Shown piece by piece: positions 57,797-64,000 of a DNA stretch of 64,000 bases. The notes below the pieces were generated by a model. The model saw nothing but the letters and a program-made list of their open reading frames with translations. It did no database searches and had not been told where the DNA came from. Numbering within the stretch: position 1 is the stretch's first letter; each line of letters begins with the position of its first letter. The translations under genes and the position numbers were made by a program. Origin of the DNA: an uncultured SAR86 cluster bacterium (GTDB taxonomy: Bacteria; Pseudomonadota; Gammaproteobacteria; Magnimaribacterales; D2472); the NCBI GenBank assembly GCA_902594515.1, contig CACJML010000003.1, forward strand, positions 96,989 through 160,988. Direction: 5' to 3'.

Positions 57797-59026
57797 TTAT
57801 TGAGCTCCTTGAACTTTAGGTTCCTTTGGGAGCCCAAGTCCGCGTTCAGAAATAATATTTTTTTGTATTTGACTGGTGCCACCCCCAATAATTAATCCTA
57901 GGAAATACATATAAATAAATTGCCATGAACCTTTATCACGAAGGTGGGGACTATCCTCATACAACACTCCAATCTCACCCATAACATCAATCGCCAAACC
58001 CTCTAGTTCGTGCCTTAACTCAGTACCAACTAATTTTTGAATCATTTTGCCAACTTTGACATCTTGACCGGGGTTCAATTTGGCTGACAATAATCTAAGA
58101 GCATGAGACTGGGAAGCCATAACTTTCCCCTGGATCTTCATAAGCCTATCCCTATAAATCGAATGTTCAATCAGTGGTTTGCCATCAAGCTTTTCTTGTT
58201 TCATTAAATCAATGAGCATGTTTAGTCTGTTCATAATTGCATCAGGCGGTGCCAAGGATCCTCGCTCATGACCAAGTGTTGCATTTGCAACCGCCCAACC
58301 TTCACCTCGTTTACCAACAATATTTGTTTCAGGAATTTTTACATCGGTAAAAAATACCTCATTAAATCCTGCTTTCATTGTCATATCTACTAACGGTCTC
58401 ACTTCGATACCCTCTGAATCCATTGGAATTAATAAATAGCTTATACCTGCATGTTTTTGAGCTTCAGGTTCTGTTCTCACTAAGCAAAACATCATTTGTG
58501 AATATTGGGCTGTTGAGGTCCAAATCTTTTGCCCATTAATGACCCATTCACCATCAATTAATTCACCTTTTGTTTGCAATGCTGCAAGATCACTGCCCGC
58601 ATTTGGTTCTGAGTAGCCCTGACACCAAATCATCTCACCATGTAGCGTTGGTTTTATGTATTTCTCTTTTTGTTCCTGCGTACCCATTTCAAGCAGGGTA
58701 GGGACTAACATATCTATCCCTTGACCCCCCATTGGAGCAGGTGTTTTTGCTTTAGAGAACTCAGTTGCAATTATTCTACTTTTTAGAATATCTGGCTCAC
58801 CGCCATATCCCCCATATTCTTTCGGAACTGCTCTTGCAAAATAACCTTGTTCGATAAGAATTTTTTGCCACTCACTCCTGGTGACTTGTATCTTTTTTTT
58901 CTTACTGCTTGAGCTTGCAAGAGGATTCTTGCTTGCATCTGTAAAAGTAACACCATCATATTTTTTACAAAAAGCCTTTACTTCTTTTTCAAAATCTAAA
59001 TATTCTTTACTGTAGTGTAAGTCCAT
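57797..59026 (-). CDS. Acyl-CoA dehydrogenase, catalytic subunit
   Basis: WCQGYSEPNAGSDLA, INGQKIWTS, FNEVFF, LGHER, IGGGTSQIQKNIISERGLGLP. Confidence 0.92.
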   Translation of the reverse strand: MDLHYSKEYLDFEKEVKAFCKKYDGVTFTDASKNPLASSSSKKKKIQVTRSEWQKILIEQGYFARAVPKEYGGYGGEPDILKSRIIATEFSKAKTPAPMGGQGIDMLVPTLLEMGTQEQKEKYIKPTLHGEMIWCQGYSEPNAGSDLAALQTKGELIDGEWVINGQKIWTSTAQYSQMMFCLVRTEPEAQKHAGISYLLIPMDSEGIEVRPLVDMTMKAGFNEVFFTDVKIPETNIVGKRGEGWAVANATLGHERGSLAPPDAIMNRLNMLIDLMKQEKLDGKPLIEHSIYRDRLMKIQGKVMASQSHALRLLSAKLNPGQDVKVGKMIQKLVGTELRHELEGLAIDVMGEIGVLYEDSPHLRDKGSWQFIYMYFLGLIIGGGTSQIQKNIISERGLGLPKEPKVQGAQ

Positions 59027-59041
59027 TTTTTCCCTATAAAA

Positions 59042-59851
59042 TTATTTCCAATTAGGAGGTCTCTTTTCTAAGAATGCTGTTATACCTTCTTTTGCATCTT
59101 CGCTTTTTAGGCATTTTGCCAATTCATCTTTTAAAAAAGGAATTGCTTCATCAAAGTTTAAATCATCTTGAGCATTGTAAGCAGCTAGACCTTGCCTCAT
59201 GGTGGTAGGTGCTAGGCTCGCTAGTTCATTAGCAATGCCATCAACCATGCTGTCAAGATCTTCAGCCTTTACTACATTGTTAATTAATCCATATTCTTGT
59301 GCCGTTTCGGCATCAATAGCATTGCCTCGCATAATGAAGTCTAGTCCTTGCCTTTTAGGCATTAATCTAAATAATCCTGCCATGACCATGAAAGGCCATA
59401 TCCCTCTTTTTATTTCAGGTGCTGAAAATTTAGCTTCTGTAACAGCAACCGCATGAGTTGAGTTAGTAACCATTAATAATGCTCCTGCTAAAACGCTGCC
59501 TTGAATTTTACAAATAACTGGTTTGTTGAGTTTCCTGATTCGAATGCTAATGTCCTCAGTGCCTCCACCAACCTTAGGAACACTTGATTGTTCTGATTCT
59601 TCTTTTCCTGACATACTTCTAAGGTCACCGCCAGCACAAAAAATATCTCCAGCTGCTTCAATTACAACAACTCTTATATTTTGATTCTGATCTGCATAAG
59701 TTAGGCAGTAAATTAATTCATTCGCCATCATGTCATTGATGGCATTTTTTCTTTCTGGTCTGTTTAATTTGAGAGTTAAGATATGATCATTTTCATTAAC
59801 TATTAAAGCCCCAAACTTTAATCCATTCAGTGACAAAGATTCTTTATCCAT
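59042..59851 (-). CDS. Enoyl-CoA hydratase/isomerase
   Basis: LNRPERKNA, FCAGGDL, KPVI, PEIKRG, EGITAFLEKRPP; likely start MDKE at 59851, overlapping the atuA-like stop. Confidence 0.9.
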   Translation of the reverse strand: MDKESLSLNGLKFGALIVNENDHILTLKLNRPERKNAINDMMANELIYCLTYADQNQNIRVVVIEAAGDIFCAGGDLRSMSGKEESEQSSVPKVGGGTEDISIRIRKLNKPVICKIQGSVLAGALLMVTNSTHAVAVTEAKFSAPEIKRGIWPFMVMAGLFRLMPKRQGLDFIMRGNAIDAETAQEYGLINNVVKAEDLDSMVDGIANELASLAPTTMRQGLAAYNAQDDLNFDEAIPFLKDELAKCLKSEDAKEGITAFLEKRPPNWK

Positions 59852-61625
59852 ATTCATTTGAAGTCTCCAAGAGAGAAGAGGGGATATTTGCTTTTTTTGC
59901 TCTAAAGTATTCACCTAAAGATTTTGCCTGAGCATCTTTTCTTGAATTAGATGAAACACCATCCTCTAGAATATCGTGAATATAAAAATTAAGAGAAAGG
60001 ATGTTTGGAAGATCAAATCTCTCTATTTTAAATCCCTTTAGATCAGGCATTAATTCTTTAAGCTTTTTAATTGTTAAAAATGAACTCAAAAATGCAAACG
60101 CATCTAAATCTTTTGCCCACACTCCTAAATTTGCACAACCACCCTTATCCCCTGATCTTGCCCCAAACAAAGTCCCTAGAGGGACATGGCTTGTTTCACC
60201 TTTTGGAGCATCTGGTATTTTTACAGGCTCTATTTGATAATAAATTTCTTCAAAATTTAACTGACTTGTTGGCTTAAGTTCTTTCGACTTACCATTGAAA
60301 TGGACCACTTCATTGATATGCTTTGAATCTACTAATGCTGGCCAATAAATGAGTACCGGGCCACTAGATTTAACACCACCACCAGCAAAAAAGCCGGGAT
60401 AGTTTGATAATGCTAGTTCAATAATCTTTGCACTAAAAAGTCTGCCAACAAGTTCTTTATCTTTTGATTTTACATTTATTCTTAGAGCAGCCATTGCTTC
60501 TTCATTAGTGTTAGGGTCATCTTTATCATTCCTATCAAGATGAATTGAAACCTCATCAAATTGTTCTTTTCCCCCTACAGAGTTAAATAAAGTATTTGTA
60601 AATATTTTAGCTTTCTCCTCAATATCCAATCCTGTCAAAACTAGCTCCATACCATTTCTATAACCCCCGGCAAGATTAATGCATACTTTATGTTTTGCTG
60701 GAGGTGAGCTTCCCCTGCAACCCGAAACAAATACTTTATCTTTTTCGGCTTGTTCAATTTTTAAAGTATCAAAATGCGCAACAACATCAGGATTTATATA
60801 AGCAGGAGCAGAAATCTCATACAACAATTGTGCCGTTACTGTTCCTGTTGATACGAGCCCTCCTGTTCCAGGATGCTTCGTGATATAAAAGCTACCGTCC
60901 TCCAGAATTTCTGCGATTGGATAGCCTACGTTATCAAAGCTCGGAACTTCTTTAAAAAAAGCATAATTACCACCTGTGGCCTGGCAGCCACATTCAATAA
61001 TATGACCAGCAGCTAATGCACCTGCTAATTTGTCATAATCGTTACGCTCCCAACCAAATTTCCATGCAGCCGGACCTATTACTACTGCAGCGTCAGTTAC
61101 TCTTGGGCAAACAACTATGTCTGCTCCTAGATCTAAAGCCTCCTTGATACCCCAGGCTCCTAGATAAGCATTTGCTGTGAGAGTATGACAGTCAGATTCT
61201 TGAAGAGGCGTACCTTTATCAATGTTATTAAAAGGTTCATTTAATTGAATCAAATCATCCATTCGTGGCATCAAGTCATCACCGGTAATGTAGGCTACTT
61301 TGAGATCAATTTTTAATTCAGCAAGAATCTTTTCAATTTCATTTGCCATTGATTGTGGATTTAAACCCCCTGCATTGGTAACTACTTTAATGTCCTTCGA
61401 TTTACACGTGTGCGCAATTTCTTTTATTTGTTTTAAAAAAGTTCCTACATAACCTTTATCTTCACCTCTTTGCATTCTTTGATTGAAAAGAATTGTCATT
61501 GTCAGTTCTGCTAAATAATCTCCAGTAAGAACATCTATAGGGCCACCCTCAACCATTTCTTTGGCTGCAGATAACTTATCTCCATAATAACCACTGCAAT
61601 TAGCTATTCGTATAAGATCAGTCAT
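59844..61625 (-). CDS. Acyclic terpene utilization AtuA-family protein
   Basis: IRIANCSGYYGD, DYLAELTM, NAGGLNP, ANAYLGAWGI, RVTDA, GHIIECG, ARSGDKGG, DAQAKSLGE. Confidence 0.92.
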   Translation of the reverse strand: MTDLIRIANCSGYYGDKLSAAKEMVEGGPIDVLTGDYLAELTMTILFNQRMQRGEDKGYVGTFLKQIKEIAHTCKSKDIKVVTNAGGLNPQSMANEIEKILAELKIDLKVAYITGDDLMPRMDDLIQLNEPFNNIDKGTPLQESDCHTLTANAYLGAWGIKEALDLGADIVVCPRVTDAAVVIGPAAWKFGWERNDYDKLAGALAAGHIIECGCQATGGNYAFFKEVPSFDNVGYPIAEILEDGSFYITKHPGTGGLVSTGTVTAQLLYEISAPAYINPDVVAHFDTLKIEQAEKDKVFVSGCRGSSPPAKHKVCINLAGGYRNGMELVLTGLDIEEKAKIFTNTLFNSVGGKEQFDEVSIHLDRNDKDDPNTNEEAMAALRINVKSKDKELVGRLFSAKIIELALSNYPGFFAGGGVKSSGPVLIYWPALVDSKHINEVVHFNGKSKELKPTSQLNFEEIYYQIEPVKIPDAPKGETSHVPLGTLFGARSGDKGGCANLGVWAKDLDAFAFLSSFLTIKKLKELMPDLKGFKIERFDLPNILSLNFYIHDILEDGVSSNSRKDAQAKSLGEYFRAKKANIPSSLLETSNEYG

Positions 61626-62223
61626 GATGCTTCTCTATTAAACCAGATAAAATTAAATCAGATAAAAAATTTGATGCATCTTCTGGTGAAGCCAATGACG
61701 GCTTAGAGTGAATTTTTTTATTTTGAAAGTATCTGCCTAAACCTCCCAAGGCCAAAGCTGCTGCTTCGGTATCGATATTAGCAATTTCATTAGCATGAAC
61801 AGCATCATCCAAAAGGCTCTTAATAAAATTTGTAATGTAATTTTCATGAAAATCTATCATTTCGTTGGTTGAATGTTTTTTGCTCAAAGATAAAGTAAAT
61901 TTTTCAAATCTTGGACCCACAGCCTGATTAACAGTATTCAAGTAGACACGCAATTTTTCTATGGGAGAATCTAGTGTTTGAATTTTTTCCATAGCAATTT
62001 TGCCATGCCTGGTTAAAACATTATTAATGGTTAAATTTATCAGCTCATCCTTACTCGGCGCAATTTCATACAGAGTTCTCAGGGATACCTTAAGCATTGA
62101 CGCTAAATCGGCCATTGTTTTATATGACTTACCCTCATCAATTATCTTTTCAAGCCGATCCATGACTTCATGATGACGATGGTTTAAAGTACTTGCTTCT
62201 TTTAGGAGAGCTTTATTCATCAA
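61618..62223 (-). CDS. TetR-family transcriptional regulator
   Basis: HTH TMADLASMLKVSLRTLYEIAPSKDEL. Confidence 0.88.
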   Translation of the reverse strand: MMNKALLKEASTLNHRHHEVMDRLEKIIDEGKSYKTMADLASMLKVSLRTLYEIAPSKDELINLTINNVLTRHGKIAMEKIQTLDSPIEKLRVYLNTVNQAVGPRFEKFTLSLSKKHSTNEMIDFHENYITNFIKSLLDDAVHANEIANIDTEAAALALGGLGRYFQNKKIHSKPSLASPEDASNFLSDLILSGLIEKHHD

Positions 62224-64000
62224 TTACCAATAGTGATTCACCGTTTTCAACCTGCTGACCTTTTTTAACCATAATCTTTGAAATTTTGCCTGCATTTGGT
62301 GACTTGATCGTTTGCTCCATCTTCATAGCTTCAATAATCATTAATGATTGTCCAGCTTTAACTTTTTGATCTTTTTTTATAAGAACCTCTGAAATTTTGC
62401 CTGGCATCGGAGCCAACAAGCCACCTTCAATGGATGAAGTACTTGGATCATCGAATCTTGGTAAAACTTTTAGTTGGATATCATTAAATGAGTCAAAAAC
62501 GAATAACCTATCTTCGTCCCTATAAATTTGATATTGACTTCTAATACCATCAATAACACATTCAAGCATTTCATTATCAAAGGAAATAATTTCTACATTT
62601 TTTTCAAGAATCGAAATAGATTCTTTATTTATGTAGCTATATTTAATTTGATGTACCTCATTTTCAAATTGAAAAGAAATATTCTGATGCGGCAGTCGAC
62701 CGTTCGTCCAAGAATGCTTAATAAATCGGAGTTTATTTTTATTTTTGATATTAGTTTGTGATATCCACAAAGCGCCTGCAATCATTAAGTTATTTTTATC
62801 ATGATCGTTGAGAACTTTTTTTCTGTTAGGACTTTGAATCTCAATAAAGTCAGATGTTGTATTTCCCGCCAAAAACTCTGGATGCCTGATGCATTCAACT
62901 AAAAAATCTTTATTTGTTTTCACTCCTCCAATACAGGATTTTTCAAGGGCGGTTGCGAGTTGCAAGCATGCATCTGTCCTGTTGGGGGCCCAGCTGATTA
63001 CTTTTGAGAGCATTGGATCAAAGTTTGTACCGACTTCATATCCTTTCTGGACACCTGAATCCCACCTAATAAATTTATTTTTGTAAGGTTCATAACATAC
63101 TATTTTTCCAGTTTCAGGTAGAAAATCATTATTTGGATTCTCTGCATAAAGTCGAACTTCCAGTGCATGCCCATTAAATTCAACATCTTTTTGTTTTAAT
63201 TCTAGATACTCATTTTTTGCAATGTTTATCTGTGCTCTTACAAGATCAACTCCTGTAACTTCCTCAGTAACAGGATGTTCAACTTGCAACCTAGTGTTAA
63301 CTTCAAGAAACCAGAACTCATTTGTATTTTCATCAAGAATAAATTCGACAGTGCCTGCCGATTGATATTTAATTTTTTTTGCCAATTTGACTGCCGCATT
63401 ACCAATTTGCTCTCTTAACTCATCATCAAGTTTGGGTGAAGGGGACTCTTCAATAATTTTTTGATGTCGTCTCTGAATTGAGCATTCTCTTTCACCAAGA
63501 TGTATAACATTTCCATGTTGATCACCCAGAATCTGAATCTCAATGTGTCTTGATTTTTTAATGTATTTCTCAATAAATACTCTCTCATCATCAAAACCAG
63601 CTTTTGCTTCTCTTTTTGCAGCTGCAACCGCATCTTTAAGCTCATTTTTATTATTAACAATTCTCATCCCTTTACCGCCGCCTCCAGCAGCAGCTTTAAT
63701 TAGCAATGGGAATCCAAGTTGTTTTGAATCTTTAATACTTTCAGCTTTTTCTAGAGTTGGTACGTTTGCTTTTATCGCCAATTCTTTAGCTTTGATTTTG
63801 TCTCCCATCACCTTAATAACATGAGGTGTTGGTCCTATCCAAATTATGTTGTTACGAATTACTTTTCTAGCAAAAATTGAGTTTTCAGATAGAAACCCAT
63901 AGCCAGGATGGATTGCATCGGCTCCTGTTTTTTTTGCTGAATCTACAATTTCATCTGCATCCAAATAGCCTTTTTTAAGTTTTATTGCAACATCAGACAT
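62213..64000 (-). CDS. Biotin-dependent acyl-CoA carboxylase alpha subunit (biotin carboxylase plus carrier; AtuF/LiuD-like), 5' end outside the window
   Basis: IHPGYGFLSEN, KAAAGGGGKGMR, ERECSIQRRHQK, EVNTRLQVEHPVTE, biotinyl EAMKME; the usual N-terminal IANRGEIA is missing, so the gene is cut by the window edge. Confidence 0.93.
   Translation of the reverse strand: MSDVAIKLKKGYLDADEIVDSAKKTGADAIHPGYGFLSENSIFARKVIRNNIIWIGPTPHVIKVMGDKIKAKELAIKANVPTLEKAESIKDSKQLGFPLLIKAAAGGGGKGMRIVNNKNELKDAVAAAKREAKAGFDDERVFIEKYIKKSRHIEIQILGDQHGNVIHLGERECSIQRRHQKIIEESPSPKLDDELREQIGNAAVKLAKKIKYQSAGTVEFILDENTNEFWFLEVNTRLQVEHPVTEEVTGVDLVRAQINIAKNEYLELKQKDVEFNGHALEVRLYAENPNNDFLPETGKIVCYEPYKNKFIRWDSGVQKGYEVGTNFDPMLSKVISWAPNRTDACLQLATALEKSCIGGVKTNKDFLVECIRHPEFLAGNTTSDFIEIQSPNRKKVLNDHDKNNLMIAGALWISQTNIKNKNKLRFIKHSWTNGRLPHQNISFQFENEVHQIKYSYINKESISILEKNVEIISFDNEMLECVIDGIRSQYQIYRDEDRLFVFDSFNDIQLKVLPRFDDPSTSSIEGGLLAPMPGKISEVLIKKDQKVKAGQSLMIIEAMKMEQTIKSPNAGKISKIMVKKGQQVENGESLLVIDE

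Noticed and set aside
423-63824. Other 60-105 aa ORFs nested in or antisense to long genes
   Set aside because: They overlap confidently assigned genes and lack motifs or start signals; expected by chance.
63998-64000. ATG at the window edge as the carboxylase start
   Set aside because: Internal Met; the conserved N-terminal region lies outside the window, so it is not a pseudogene.

Overview
AT-rich, very compact bacterial chromosome segment with many overlapping or abutting genes. The gene content (aceE/aceF, guaB/guaA, prc, xthA, tadA, photolyase, TonB receptor, many lipid/terpene-catabolic enzymes) fits a streamlined marine gammaproteobacterium such as SAR86; this is an inference, not a database result. 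Left to right: (1) 1-15038, surface-polysaccharide locus (AsnB-type amidotransferase, GTs, deacetylase, formyltransferase, WbpP/WbpO-like enzymes) ending in a rearranged group-4-capsule-type export module (SLBB protein, YjbH, YjbF and a convergent YjbE/GfcA-like Thr/Pro-rich protein), then tRNA-Pro(GGG). (2) 15307-35732, central and catabolic genes. (3) 35783-43238, guaB and guaA separated by an NCS2 permease, a TonB-dependent receptor and a purine phosphoribosyltransferase, a putative purine-scavenging pathway from outer membrane to GMP. (4) 43221-43809, a one-gene, integrase-free cassette bracketed by direct repeats of the guaA 3' end, with tandem 11-bp repeats beside the right copy. (5) 44134-52528, a second, very AT-rich glycosylation island ending at tRNA-Leu(TAA), containing one gene that probably starts at ATT. 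(6) 52771-64000, tadA, xthA, prc, a DsbA-family isomerase and an atu-like acyl-CoA catabolic operon cut by the window edge. No rRNA, CRISPR array, transposase or integrase was seen. All protein calls come from motif recognition by eye.
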